DNA from: Rhodospirillales bacterium
GTDB taxonomy: Bacteria; Pseudomonadota; Alphaproteobacteria; UBA8366; JADFVY01
Assembly (NCBI GenBank): GCA_020356105.1
Contig: CP070634.1
Location: forward strand, 3,408,360-3,445,995
Length of the DNA: 37,636 nucleotides
Reading direction: 5' to 3'
Part shown: piece by piece, positions 1 to 9,614 of the stretch
Layout of the letters: every line of letters begins with the position of its first letter
Numbering within the stretch: the first letter of the stretch is position 1
Notes under the pieces: model-generated
Database searches by the model: none
Told to the model about the DNA's origin: nothing
What the model saw: only the letters and a program-made list of their open reading frames with translations
Program-made: the position numbers and the translations under genes

Positions 1-2
1 GT

Positions 3-716
3 TTGGTGGTGACGGCCGCGCGCGCGGAGGAGCCCCTGGTCGCGGACCTTTCGGAACATCTCGTCAAGATCACGATGGGTTTCGAGGGTGCCGAACTGCT
101 GCTCTTCGGGGCCGTCGACGGCGAGGGCGAGATCGTCGTCCTTGTCCACGGTCCGCCCGAAACCCTGACCGTCCGTCGCAAGGCCCGCACCGCCGGGATC
201 TGGATGAACCGCGATGAGATGACGTTTGAGAGCGTCCCGGCCTTCTATCAGGTGATGGCGACGTCGCAGCCGGGTAACTGGCTACCCGATGCGGTCCGCG
301 AGCGCCATCAGATCGGCGTCGGTCATCTGGAATTGCAGCCGGCCAGGGATCCTCGCCACGGAGCCGGGCCCCTGGCGACATCGGAGTTTCGCGAAGCGCT
401 GATCCGCCGCAAGCAGGAGTTGGGCCATTACGGTGCCGAGGTTGGCTCGGTCAAGATGCTGAGCGCGCGGCTGTTCCGCACCGACGTCCTGTTCCCGACC
501 AACGTTCCGACCGGAACCTATACCGTGGAGGTGCTGCGGGTGCGCGACGGCACGGTGATCAGCGCCCAGAGCACCCCGCTTTACGTCAGCAAGATCGGCG
601 TGCTGGCGGAGATCTTCGGCTTCGCCCACGACTATGCCGCCTTCTACGGCGTCTTCGCCATCCTGTTTGCCACACTCGCCGGCCTCAGCGCCAACGCGGC
701 GTTCCGTAAAGTGTAG
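3..716 (+). CDS. TIGR02186-like alphaproteobacterial membrane protein (5' truncated by window edge)
   Basis: Motifs LVADLS..V.IT.GF.GAELLLFGA, VRRKAR.AGIWMN, LFRT.V.FP.NVPTG.Y.V and a C-terminal TM helix; this family usually follows a TauE/SafE sulfite exporter. Confidence 0.85.
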   Translation: MVVTAARAEEPLVADLSEHLVKITMGFEGAELLLFGAVDGEGEIVVLVHGPPETLTVRRKARTAGIWMNRDEMTFESVPAFYQVMATSQPGNWLPDAVRERHQIGVGHLELQPARDPRHGAGPLATSEFREALIRRKQELGHYGAEVGSVKMLSARLFRTDVLFPTNVPTGTYTVEVLRVRDGTVISAQSTPLYVSKIGVLAEIFGFAHDYAAFYGVFAILFATLAGLSANAAFRKV

Positions 717-756
717 GCGGATCCACCCCGAGTCTGCGGAAGAAAGCTTAGGACGA

Positions 757-1257
757 ATGGAAAGCCTGCTGCAGAAGGCCTTCGAAGCCCTCAAGACCCT
801 GCCCAAGATCGACCGCGAGCGGATCGCCTGGGAGATTATCGAGCGGGTCGAGGACAAGACCGAATGGGACCGGATCGTCGCCTCACCCGAAGCGCAGCGC
901 TGGATGGAGCAACAGGCGAAGGAGGCATTGAGGGTCTACCGTAAGATGCGGGACAAGCTATCGCTCACCTTCGTCTCGGTCAGCCAGGACAAGCTCCTGC
1001 GCGAGGAGTCCTACTGGCGCGAATTTGACGACCTTCCGCAAGAGATCAGAAAGCTGGCCGAGCATAACTACCATTCTTGGAAGGAAAACCCTCGCAATCC
1101 GGGCCTGCGCTTCAAGCAGATTCACCAGAGCCTGCCGATCTTCTCCTTTCGGGTCGGTATGCGGCACAGGACGGTCGGCGTCGAGACCGACGACGGCAAG
1201 ATCGTCTGGTTCTGGGTGGGTTCGTTCGAGACGTTCCGGGATGCCATCAACACATGA
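757..1257 (+). CDS. Fused antitoxin-like N-domain plus RelE/ParE-like toxin domain (166 aa)
   Basis: ATG 757 after AGGA; N-half MESLLQKAFEALKTLP...EDKTEWD resembles small antitoxins; C-half FDDLPQEIRKLA..NY..WKENP.NPGLRFKQIH...FSFRVG...R.VG...IVWFWVGS is RelE/ParE-like. Confidence 0.7.
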   Translation: MESLLQKAFEALKTLPKIDRERIAWEIIERVEDKTEWDRIVASPEAQRWMEQQAKEALRVYRKMRDKLSLTFVSVSQDKLLREESYWREFDDLPQEIRKLAEHNYHSWKENPRNPGLRFKQIHQSLPIFSFRVGMRHRTVGVETDDGKIVWFWVGSFETFRDAINT

Positions 1258-1386
1258 GGCCTGACAGCGGCAAGGTGCAAGACGATCCCCGGTCACCCTT
1301 ACGCATCCGTAGTGTGATGGCATCCCGGCGGCGCCGTTAATGTCGCTGCGACAAATTCGCGTCTGTCACGCCACAGGAGCAGAACG

Positions 1387-2046
1387 ATGAATTACGATCC
1401 GCGCACAGGCGGGCACGGCTTGCCCTTCGACCCGTTCAAGAGCTGCACGGTCCCGCGGCCGATCGGATGGCTGTCGACGGTCAGCGCCGCCGGCGTCGCC
1501 AACCTTGCACCCTATAGCCAGTGGCAGAATCTCACTTTCGATCCGCCGATGGTGATGTTCGCCGCCAACCAGACCGCCGACGGGCGGCGCAAGGACACGG
1601 TCGTCAACGCGGAAACCACCGGATACTTCGTCTGGAACATGGCGACCTGGGCGCTCCGCGAGGCGGTCAACAAATCCGCGATGGCGCTGCCGCCGGAAGT
1701 CGACGAATTCGAGGTCGCCGGCGTTTCGAAGGCGGGCTGCGTGACCGCGCCGGGCCCGATGGTGAGGGAATCCCCGATCCATTTCGAGTGCCGCTACCTT
1801 TCCACCTCCCGCCTTCCCGGCAACAGCCCGGTCGGCACGGTCGATGTGGTGTTCGGCGAGGTCGTGCGCATCCATATCGACGAATCCGCCGTCGCGACAG
1901 ACGGCAAGCTCGATATCCTTAATCTGCGGCCGATCGCCAGAATGGGCTATTACGACTACACGGTTGTCGACAATATCTTCGAAATGCGCATACCCGGCGC
2001 CTCTGCCACGGAATTGGCGGGCCTCGAAGGCAAGGCGCCATCGTGA
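1387..2046 (+). CDS. Flavin reductase family (DIM6/NTAB-like) protein
   Basis: VPRPIGWLST, NLAPYS, KDTVVNAETTG.FVWN, ESPIHFEC, PIARMGY; AGGAG RBS. Confidence 0.9.
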   Translation: MNYDPRTGGHGLPFDPFKSCTVPRPIGWLSTVSAAGVANLAPYSQWQNLTFDPPMVMFAANQTADGRRKDTVVNAETTGYFVWNMATWALREAVNKSAMALPPEVDEFEVAGVSKAGCVTAPGPMVRESPIHFECRYLSTSRLPGNSPVGTVDVVFGEVVRIHIDESAVATDGKLDILNLRPIARMGYYDYTVVDNIFEMRIPGASATELAGLEGKAPS

Positions 2047-2197
2047 CGGCGGCATGGCGACGCAAAAGACAGTTTCCGTGACGCGCAACGAGTGGCGGCA
2101 CCCTCCGCGCGGCGAACGTGGCGTGGGCGAAGCGCAGCATCATCGGGCTCCGGTGCGGGCGGCCACGGCAAACTGGACAGCAGCGGCTTGAGCCTTT

Positions 2198-2215
2198 ACA
2201 TTCGGAAATTCTTAT
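2198..2215 (+). promoter_or_regulatory. AT-rich putative operator upstream of soeA (ACATTCGGAAATTCTTAT)
   Basis: AT island in GC-rich DNA; 12/18 identity to the reverse complement of 7053-7070 upstream of the rhodanese. Confidence 0.4.
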
Positions 2216-2303
2216 ATAAGGGTCGCCTTCAAGAGGGTCAGATTGGCAACCACCGCGGCGCTGCGACGCCCGGGTGGACTGGCGGCAAACGAGGGAACGC
2301 AGC

Positions 2304-5300
2304 ATGAATGCAGGGCGCACAGGGCTCTTGCAGCAAGAGGCGGTCGACACCGCGCCGGCGGTGGCCGACGAGGTCAAGCATACGACCTGTTACATGTGCG
2401 CCTGCCGATGCGGCATTCGCGTCCATCTGAAGGACGGCAAGATCCGCTATATCGAGGGCAACCCCGACCATCCGGTGAACCAGGGCGTGCTTTGCGCCAA
2501 GGGGTCGGCCGGGATCATGCAGCATTATTCACCGGCCCGCCTGAGGAAGCCGCTGCTGCGCACGGGCGCGCGCGGCAAGGGCGAGTTCAAAGAGATCGAG
2601 TGGAACGAGGCGCTGGCGACGGCCGCCGATTGGCTCGGCAACATCCGAAAGACCGATCCCAAGCGGCTCGCCTTTTTCACCGGACGCGACCAGAGCCAGG
2701 CGCTGACCGGCTGGTGGGCAAGCCAGTTCGGCACCCCGAACTACGCCGCCCATGGCGGTTTCTGCTCGGTCAACATGGCGGCAGCCGGCCTTTACAGCAT
2801 CGGCGGGGCATTCTGGGAGTTCGGCGAGGTCGACTGGGAGCATACCCGCTATTTCATGATGTTTGGTGTTGCCGAAGACCACGATTCCAATCCCATCAAA
2901 GCCGGCATCGGCCGCCTGAAGACGCTCGGCAAGGCGAAGTTCGTCTCGGTCAACCCGGTGCGCACGGGCTACTCCGCCGTGGCAGACGAATGGGTGGGGA
3001 TCAGGCCAGGGACCGACGGGCTTTTCGTCTTCGCGCTGATCCACGAGCTGCTGCGCGCGGACAGGATCGACTGGGAGTTCCTGGTCCGCTACACCAATGC
3101 CGGCTGGCTGGTGGTGCAGGATCCCGGCAGCGCCGACGATGGCCTGTTCGCGCGTGATGAGGACGGAAATCCCCTGTGCTTCGACGGCAGGACCGGCAAG
3201 CTGGCGGACGCGCTGTCCGCCGCGGTGACTCCCGTCCTGGTCGGCCGGCGCAAGCTGGCTGACGGACGGGCCGCGGTGCCGGCGTTCGAGTTGCTGGCGC
3301 GGCGCTACATGGATGAGCGTTACGCGCCGGACAAGGTGGCCGAGACGATCGGCGTCCCGGCAGCTACGATCCGCCGGATCGCCGCCGAGTTGGCCGATGC
3401 GGCCTTCGCGCAGAGCATCGAGCTCGATATCGAGTGGACCGACTGGGCCGGGCGCACCCATGACAAGATGATCGGCCGGCCGGTCTCGATGCACGCGATG
3501 CGCGGCATCTCGGCCCATTCCAACGGATTCCATACCTGCCGCGCGATCCACCTGTTGCAGATGCTGCTCGGCTCGATCGACACGCCAGGCGGGTTCCGCT
3601 ACAAGCCGCCCTTCCCCAAACCGGTGCCGCCCCCGGCGCCGCCGAGCGCGGGCACCGGCAAGCCGGAAACGCCGCTCGGCGGGCCGCCGCTCGGCTTCCC
3701 GCTCGGTCCGGAGGACCTCCTGATCGACGATGACGGCCGGCCGATGCGCATCGACAAGGCCTTCAGCTGGGAACATCCGCTCGCCGTGCACGGGCTGATG
3801 CACATGGTGATCCACAACGCCTGGAAGGGCGATCCCTACCCGATCGACACCCTGTTCCTCTATATGGCCAATATGGGTTGGAACTCGGCGATGAACGTGC
3901 CGGGAACGCTGCATGCCCTGACCGATACGGACCCGGCGACCGGCGAGTACAAGATCCCCCGGATCATCTACTCCGACGCCTATGCATCGGAAATGGTCGC
4001 CTATGCGGACCTCGTGCTGCCCGATACCACCTATCTCGAGCGCTGGGACTGCATCTCGCTGCTCGATCGGCCGATCTGCACCGCCGAGGGGCCGGCCGAT
4101 GCGATCCGCCAGCCGGTGGTCGAGCCCGACCGCGACGTCCGCCCGTTCCAAGAGGTGCTGCTCGATCTTGGCGCGCGGCTCGGTCTGCCCGGGATGGTCA
4201 ACGGCGACGGCAGCCCGAAATATCCCGGCGGCTATCCCGATTACATCGTCAATCACGAGCGCGGCCCCGGCATCGGCCCGCTCGCCGGCTGGCGCGGCCA
4301 TGACGGCCATGCGCAGGGACGCGGCGCGCCGAACCCGGAACAGCTGGAACAGTACATCGAGAACGGCTGTTTCTGGCACGATCCGCTGCCGGCGGATCGC
4401 CATTACTACAAACATGCCAATCTCGGCTATCTGAACTACGCCCAGGACATGGGCTGGATCCAGAACAACCGGCAGATCGTCCTCCAGTTGTACAGCGAAG
4501 TCCTGCAGAAATTCAGGCTGGCAGCGCGTGGCCACGGCGAGGTTCAGCCGCCGGACGGCGAGCGCGCCCGCATCGAGACCTATTTCGACCCGCTGCCGCT
4601 GTGGCACCGGCCGTTCGAGGAGGCGCTGGTCGACCCGACGGACTACCCGATGCATGCGCTGACGCAGCGGCCGATGCAGATGTACCATTCGTGGGGATCG
4701 CAGAACGCCTGGCTGCGCCAGATCACGGCGCGGAACCGGCTCTACATCTCGCGGAAGACGGCCGCGCGGCTGGACATCGCCGACGACGACTGGGTCTGGA
4801 TCATCAGCCACCACGGACGCGTCAGGGGCCAGGCGCAGCTGATGGACGGGGTCAATCCCGATACCGTGTGGACATGGAATGCGATCGGCAAGCGTCAGGG
4901 GGCCTGGGGGCTCGATCCCGACGCCCCTGAAACGCGCTGCGGATTCCTCCTCAATCACGTCATATCGGAGCTGCTGCCGCCCCGCGAGGACGGATACCGG
5001 TACTCCAACTCGGATCCCGTCACCGGTCAAGCGGCGTGGTTCGATTTGCGCGTGCGCATCGAGAAGTGCCTGCCGGCGGAGGCCGGTGAAACCGCACCGA
5101 TGTTCGAGCGTCTGAACGTGCCCCCGGGCATTGGCCGGACACCCCAGGTGCTGCGCTATGGCAAGGGCCTGAAGCCCGCTCATAGCGGCCAGACCGGCGG
5201 ATTTCACCGTGAATTCATCGGCAATCGGGCCGAGGTTGCTGAGACGGTTTCCGGCGTGGTGCCGGGCCGCGGGAACCGCAGCGAAGATGATTCCGAGGGG

Positions 5301-5312
5301 GGCGAGTCGTGA
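2304..5312 (+). CDS. soeA: Molybdopterin sulfite dehydrogenase catalytic subunit SoeA
   Basis: TTCYMCACRCGI Fe-S motif, NYAAHGGFCSVNM, HAMRGISAHSNGF, MYHSWGSQNAWLRQI, NSDPVTGQAAWFD; no Tat signal; ATG 2304 after GAGGG. Confidence 0.9.
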   Translation: MNAGRTGLLQQEAVDTAPAVADEVKHTTCYMCACRCGIRVHLKDGKIRYIEGNPDHPVNQGVLCAKGSAGIMQHYSPARLRKPLLRTGARGKGEFKEIEWNEALATAADWLGNIRKTDPKRLAFFTGRDQSQALTGWWASQFGTPNYAAHGGFCSVNMAAAGLYSIGGAFWEFGEVDWEHTRYFMMFGVAEDHDSNPIKAGIGRLKTLGKAKFVSVNPVRTGYSAVADEWVGIRPGTDGLFVFALIHELLRADRIDWEFLVRYTNAGWLVVQDPGSADDGLFARDEDGNPLCFDGRTGKLADALSAAVTPVLVGRRKLADGRAAVPAFELLARRYMDERYAPDKVAETIGVPAATIRRIAAELADAAFAQSIELDIEWTDWAGRTHDKMIGRPVSMHAMRGISAHSNGFHTCRAIHLLQMLLGSIDTPGGFRYKPPFPKPVPPPAPPSAGTGKPETPLGGPPLGFPLGPEDLLIDDDGRPMRIDKAFSWEHPLAVHGLMHMVIHNAWKGDPYPIDTLFLYMANMGWNSAMNVPGTLHALTDTDPATGEYKIPRIIYSDAYASEMVAYADLVLPDTTYLERWDCISLLDRPICTAEGPADAIRQPVVEPDRDVRPFQEVLLDLGARLGLPGMVNGDGSPKYPGGYPDYIVNHERGPGIGPLAGWRGHDGHAQGRGAPNPEQLEQYIENGCFWHDPLPADRHYYKHANLGYLNYAQDMGWIQNNRQIVLQLYSEVLQKFRLAARGHGEVQPPDGERARIETYFDPLPLWHRPFEEALVDPTDYPMHALTQRPMQMYHSWGSQNAWLRQITARNRLYISRKTAARLDIADDDWVWIISHHGRVRGQAQLMDGVNPDTVWTWNAIGKRQGAWGLDPDAPETRCGFLLNHVISELLPPREDGYRYSNSDPVTGQAAWFDLRVRIEKCLPAEAGETAPMFERLNVPPGIGRTPQVLRYGKGLKPAHSGQTGGFHREFIGNRAEVAETVSGVVPGRGNRSEDDSEGGES

Positions 5313-6064
5313 CCGCGCTGCCGGAGAAGACGGAGCGCCGGCTCGGCCTGATCATCGACCTCGACATCTGCGTCGGCTGCCACGCCTGTGCGGTGAACTG
5401 CAAGGAGTGGAACACCGGCGGCCATTCGGCGCCGCTGACCGACACCGACCCCTACGGCGCCGAGCCCGCTGGCATATGGTTCAACCGGATCCACAGCTTC
5501 GAGGTCGACGGCGACGGCGAGGGGCGCGCCCGCACCGTGCACTTCCCGAAATCCTGCCTGCATTGCGAGGATGCGCCCTGCGTGACGGTCTGTCCGACCG
5601 GCGCCTCCTACAAACGCACAGAGGACGGCATCGTGCTGGTCAATGCCAACTGGTGCATCGGCTGCAAGCTGTGTTCCTGGGCCTGCCCTTATGGCGCCCG
5701 GGAGTACGATGCTGACGAGGGCGTGATGAAGAAATGCACGCTTTGCGTCGACAAGATCTACAACGACACCCTCCCGCCGGAGAGCCGGGTTCCCGCCTGC
5801 GTCGCCACCTGCCCCGCCGGGGCACGGCATTTCGGCGACCTCGGCGATCCGGCATCAGGCGTTTCGAAGCTGGTGGCGGCGCGCGGCGGCTACGATCTGA
5901 TGCCCGAACAGGGCTGCAATCCGACCAACAAATATCTGCCGCCGCGCCAGCGCGAGGCCAAGGACCTGCGTGACGATACGGGCCAGGAGGCGGCGCTGCC
6001 GCCGGCGGCGGACGATATCGACGGCGTCTTCCTGCGCTGGGTCGACAGGTTGCTGTCGCGCTGA
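5309..6064 (+). CDS. soeB: 4Fe-4S subunit SoeB
   Basis: Four Cys clusters (CVGCHAC, CLHCEDAPC, CIGCKLC, CTLC...CP); GTGA overlap with soeA. Confidence 0.92.
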   Translation: MTALPEKTERRLGLIIDLDICVGCHACAVNCKEWNTGGHSAPLTDTDPYGAEPAGIWFNRIHSFEVDGDGEGRARTVHFPKSCLHCEDAPCVTVCPTGASYKRTEDGIVLVNANWCIGCKLCSWACPYGAREYDADEGVMKKCTLCVDKIYNDTLPPESRVPACVATCPAGARHFGDLGDPASGVSKLVAARGGYDLMPEQGCNPTNKYLPPRQREAKDLRDDTGQEAALPPAADDIDGVFLRWVDRLLSR

Positions 6065-6074
6065 GGCAGGGCCC

Positions 6075-7022
6075 ATGCATCCCGCCTTTTCCGTCATCTT
6101 CTTCACCACGGCGTCGGGCGCCGGCTACGGCCTGTTGGCATTGCTGTGCCTGCTCGGCCCGCTGGGCGTCTTACCGCCGGACCGTGTGCTGGGCCTCGCG
6201 TCGTTCGGCACCGGCTTCGCGCTGGTCACCGCGGGCCTTCTTTCCTCGACCTTCCATCTCGGCCATCCCGAGCGGGCCTGGCGGGCATTGACCCAATGGC
6301 GCTCGTCCTGGCTCAGCCGCGAAGGCGTGATGGCGGTGATCACCTACATTCCGACCGGCCTCTTTGCGGTCGGCTGGATCTATTTCGGTCGTACCGACGG
6401 CCCGTATGCGGCGACGGGAGTTCTCGGCGGCTTATGCTGCGTTGCCACGGTCTACTGCACGGCGATGATCTATGCGTCGTTGCGCAGCATACCGCGTTGG
6501 GCCAATCCGTGGGTCGTACCGGCCTATCTCCTTCTCGCGCTGGCAACGGGCGCGCTCATGCTGACGCTGCTAGCGCAGCTGTTCCAGATAGACGCCCGTC
6601 CCGTCGTCGTTGCAGCGGCCGTGTGCATCTTGATCGCAGCCATCATTAAGCTGGCCTACTGGAAATCAATTCGTGCCGATGGCGGCAGCACCGTTTCCAG
6701 CGCCACCGGCCTCGGCGGCCGAGGCCCGGTGCGACTGCTGGACGCGCCGCATACGGAATCGAATTACCTCTTGCGGGAGATGGGATACCGGATCGCGCGC
6801 AAGCATGCGAGCAGGCTGCGAGTCATCTGCGTGCTGGCCCTGTTCGCGATCCCGCTCGCGCTGACCCTGGCAATGATCGCCATTGACGCCGGCCCGTTGT
6901 CCCCGGTCGCAGCTGGTGCAACGGTGGCGTCGGCGACGGTCGGTGTTCTGGTCGAGCGCTGGCTGTTTTTTGCCGAAGCCCGGCATGTGGTGACGCTCTA
7001 TTACGGCAACGAGGCCGTCTGA
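6075..7022 (+). CDS. soeC: DmsC/NrfD-like membrane anchor SoeC
   Basis: MHPAFSVIFFTTASGAGYG, STFHLGHPERAWRA.TQWRSSWLSREG, ERWLFFAEARHVV.LYYG. Confidence 0.92.
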   Translation: MHPAFSVIFFTTASGAGYGLLALLCLLGPLGVLPPDRVLGLASFGTGFALVTAGLLSSTFHLGHPERAWRALTQWRSSWLSREGVMAVITYIPTGLFAVGWIYFGRTDGPYAATGVLGGLCCVATVYCTAMIYASLRSIPRWANPWVVPAYLLLALATGALMLTLLAQLFQIDARPVVVAAAVCILIAAIIKLAYWKSIRADGGSTVSSATGLGGRGPVRLLDAPHTESNYLLREMGYRIARKHASRLRVICVLALFAIPLALTLAMIAIDAGPLSPVAAGATVASATVGVLVERWLFFAEARHVVTLYYGNEAV

Positions 7023-7052
7023 CAACTTGACGCTCGCCGGCCGTTTCATTAA

Positions 7053-7070
7053 ATAAGAATACTCTAATAT
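7053..7070 (+). promoter_or_regulatory. AT-rich putative operator/promoter upstream of rhodanese
   Basis: ATAAGAATACTCTAATAT; TTGACG at 7027 and TATAAT at 7068; resembles 2198-2215 in reverse orientation. Confidence 0.4.
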
Positions 7071-7084
7071 AATGAGGGAAAACG

Positions 7085-7465
7085 ATGCCGGCCAGAATTG
7101 GAAATATCGATGCGCATACGCTGCACGACTGGATCGAAAACGATGAAGTCCTGTTAATTGACGTGCGCGAATCTCACGAGCATGCGCGCGCCCACATTCC
7201 GGCGGCGCTACTCAAACCGTTGTCGCGCCTCGGCGTCGAGCCTCTGCCGCAGGCCGATGGCCGCAAGGTCGTGATTTGCTGTGCGTCGGGTGCCCGCTCG
7301 CTGATGGCGGCGGACCGACTGCTCGCCGATCATTACGGCAGCGTCTGCAACCTCGATGGCGGTCTTGCAGCATGGCAGCTCGCCGGTTACGAGATCGCCT
7401 GGGACGAAAACGCCGCGGCCGGCCTCTTCCCCGGCCTGTTTTCGCTGCTTCGCAGCACAGGCTGA
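7085..7465 (+). CDS. Single-domain rhodanese (sulfurtransferase)
   Basis: LIDVRE..E....HIP, active loop CASGARS, NLDGGLAAW. Confidence 0.9.
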   Translation: MPARIGNIDAHTLHDWIENDEVLLIDVRESHEHARAHIPAALLKPLSRLGVEPLPQADGRKVVICCASGARSLMAADRLLADHYGSVCNLDGGLAAWQLAGYEIAWDENAAAGLFPGLFSLLRSTG

Positions 7466-7473
7466 CGCGCCGG

Positions 7474-7803
7474 TTATTTCGCCGGCAAGGTCTGGACGAA
7501 GGCGACGGCACGCTCGAGCCAACGCGCCAGATCGGCGGCGGCGGCAATGCCGTCCGGTCCGACATAGACCATCGATTTCATCGGTTTGCCGCTGAAATCC
7601 ATCGGACGGACATGCGGCTCGCCCAGGGCCTTGGCTGCACCATCGTTGCCGAGCCTGAGCACCAGCGAGTCGCCGGCGACGCCGCAGCACATATTGCCGC
7701 GCACCAGGAAGGCAAGGCCACCGAACATCCGGCGCTCCTCGATGGCCGATCGGCTGGCCAGCGCCGCACGGATCCGCGCGGCAAGCGATTCGTCGTATGC
7801 CAA
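7474..7803 (-). CDS. TfoX N-terminal domain protein
   Basis: TTG start after GGAGG; AYDE.LAARIR, ERRMFGGLAFLVRGNMCCGV, PMDFSGKPM, FVQTLPAK. Confidence 0.85.
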   Translation of the reverse strand: MAYDESLAARIRAALASRSAIEERRMFGGLAFLVRGNMCCGVAGDSLVLRLGNDGAAKALGEPHVRPMDFSGKPMKSMVYVGPDGIAAAADLARWLERAVAFVQTLPAK

Positions 7804-7853
7804 GTCGTTCCTCCCTGCCGGCCCCGGTGAGGCAGGACCGCCCTGCAACCGGC

Positions 7854-8432
7854 TCAGGACACCGGGCCGGTCCAATCCCGCGTGAACTTCGCCGCGTCAG
7901 GACGCTTCTTCGGGCGCGTTCTGCCCTCGGGCGTGCCGATATAGAGGAATCCGACGATCTGGTCCTCCGCCTTGAGGCCAAGCGCCGCCTTGACCGCCGG
8001 ATCGTAGGCATGGTCGCCGGTCAGTATGACCCCGCCATAACCCCTCGCCTGCGCGGCCAGCAGGATCGCCTGTGCGGCAAGTCCGGTCGCGACCAGCTGC
8101 TCGGACGGCGGGACTTTCGGATGATCCTCTGTGATCGACGCCGCGACGACGATCAACAACGGGACGCGGCGCAGGCGGTCCCGGTCCTTCTCGATGGTCG
8201 CCTCGCTGGCATCGGGCTGCCGCTTCAAGAGCGCGTTGGTCAAGACGTCCGCCAGCGCCTCGCGGGCATCGCCCCGCACAACGACGAACCGCCAAGGCCG
8301 AAGCGCCCCATGGTCCGGAGCCGTCACCGCGGCCGCAAGGAACTCCTGGATCTCCTCCTCGCCGGGGCCCGGTTCGCCAAGCACCCGCCAAGGGGTCGAT
8401 CCGCGTGTCTTGAGAAATTCGACGATGTCCAT
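7854..8432 (-). CDS. Nitroreductase (YdjA-like)
   Basis: APDHGALRPWRF, EQL, GFLYIGT. Confidence 0.9.
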   Translation of the reverse strand: MDIVEFLKTRGSTPWRVLGEPGPGEEEIQEFLAAAVTAPDHGALRPWRFVVVRGDAREALADVLTNALLKRQPDASEATIEKDRDRLRRVPLLIVVAASITEDHPKVPPSEQLVATGLAAQAILLAAQARGYGGVILTGDHAYDPAVKAALGLKAEDQIVGFLYIGTPEGRTRPKKRPDAAKFTRDWTGPVS

Positions 8433-8434
8433 GG

Positions 8435-9142
8435 TTACTTCCCGTCCGGAAACATCTGATGAACAGACCCAGGGAGATGCGGCGCAACGCCCCGCCCGTC
8501 AAACATATTGACCGCCAGGAAGCCGAAGACAAACCCGCCGAGATGGGCCTCCCACGCGATACGGGCGTGGATGCCGAATATCTCGCCGCCGAAGATCCCG
8601 AAGAAGAGATTCATCGCCAGCCAAGCAAGCGCAACGGTACTTCCCAGTTGCCGGTCCCAAGGCCGCATCGGCCCGCCCCGCGCCGGCCGCTTCTGTCTAC
8701 TGAGCCGTACGTAACCGCCGATCACGCCAGAGATCGCACCGGACGCGCCGACCATTAGACCAGGGGAAAAGGGATGCAGGATGAACCAACCGAGTGCTCC
8801 TGCCATGCCTGACAGCAAGAAGAAACCAACGAACCACGCTGCGCTTGCCCGCCGCGCAAGGGACGAACCAAAGACCAGCAACAAGCTGGTATTGAGCGCC
8901 AAATGCACGACATCACCATGCAGCAGGATATGCGTCACCGGCCCAGCGAACGTGGCGAAGGTCTCGAGGCTGCTTTCATGTACCTTGGTATAGACGCTCG
9001 CGTCGAACGCGAAGGCCCGGACGATCAAGCCGTCAATGCTGCGCGGCAGCAGCACGCGCACTGCATGTATCAGGATAAACGAAGCGGCCAGCCATTTCAG
9101 AATGCCCGGCGCGTTCAGGATGGGGGCTGCGGGCCGATCCAT
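8435..9142 (-). CDS. Rhomboid family intramembrane serine protease
   Basis: H..LHG...HLALN, GASGAISG (catalytic Ser), AWEAHLGG (catalytic His); start chosen at ATG 9142. Confidence 0.9.
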   Translation of the reverse strand: MDRPAAPILNAPGILKWLAASFILIHAVRVLLPRSIDGLIVRAFAFDASVYTKVHESSLETFATFAGPVTHILLHGDVVHLALNTSLLLVFGSSLARRASAAWFVGFFLLSGMAGALGWFILHPFSPGLMVGASGAISGVIGGYVRLSRQKRPARGGPMRPWDRQLGSTVALAWLAMNLFFGIFGGEIFGIHARIAWEAHLGGFVFGFLAVNMFDGRGVAPHLPGSVHQMFPDGK

Positions 9143-9299
9143 TTTGTTATCCCGGTCTCCGGCCAAGTCGATGCCGCCAGCTAGCGCTGTCGGGCGCCGA
9201 CTCTATTCGGGCACCCCGTCCGCGGCAAGTCCGGGGGGCGGCTTGCGTTCCGATCGGTCCGGTCTTCAATGTGGTGCCATCGGCATCGACGACTCTCGC

Positions 9300-9614
9300 A
9301 CGGCCGCCGGTGGCGATTTCGGCGACGCCGCCGGTCGAGCCAATAACGCCTGCAGTCTCGACCGGCAGGAAGAATACTTTCTGGTTCGCCGACTCTGTGA
9401 ACTTGCTCAGCGCTGCGACATAGTGGCCGGCGACTAGATAATCGGTCGCCTGGCCCTCACCTTTGGCAGTCGCCCGCAAGACGATGACCGTTGCATTGTC
9501 CCCGGCCTCGCGCTCAAGCGCTTCGGAATCCCGAAACGCGGTCACCTTAGGGCATTGGGCCCGCGGGATTACAGCCTGCCGCTTGTCCTCGGTCTCCGGT
9601 ATCTGCGCCCGGCC
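9300..9614 (-). pseudogene. C-terminal remnant of an SPFH/band-7 (QmcA-like) gene
   Basis: QIPETEDKRQAVIPRAQCPKVTAFRDSEALEREA...GEGQATDYLVAGHYVAALSKFTESANQKVFFLPVETAGVIGSTGGVAEI matches the QmcA C-terminal pattern; no SPFH domain or good start; boundaries approximate. Confidence 0.7.

Noticed and set aside
2529-5207. 892-aa antisense ORF and similar long shadow ORFs (for example 9555-10973, 19878-21305, 24132-25439)
   Set aside because: Antisense or alternate-frame shadows of well-supported genes in high-GC DNA, with no motifs
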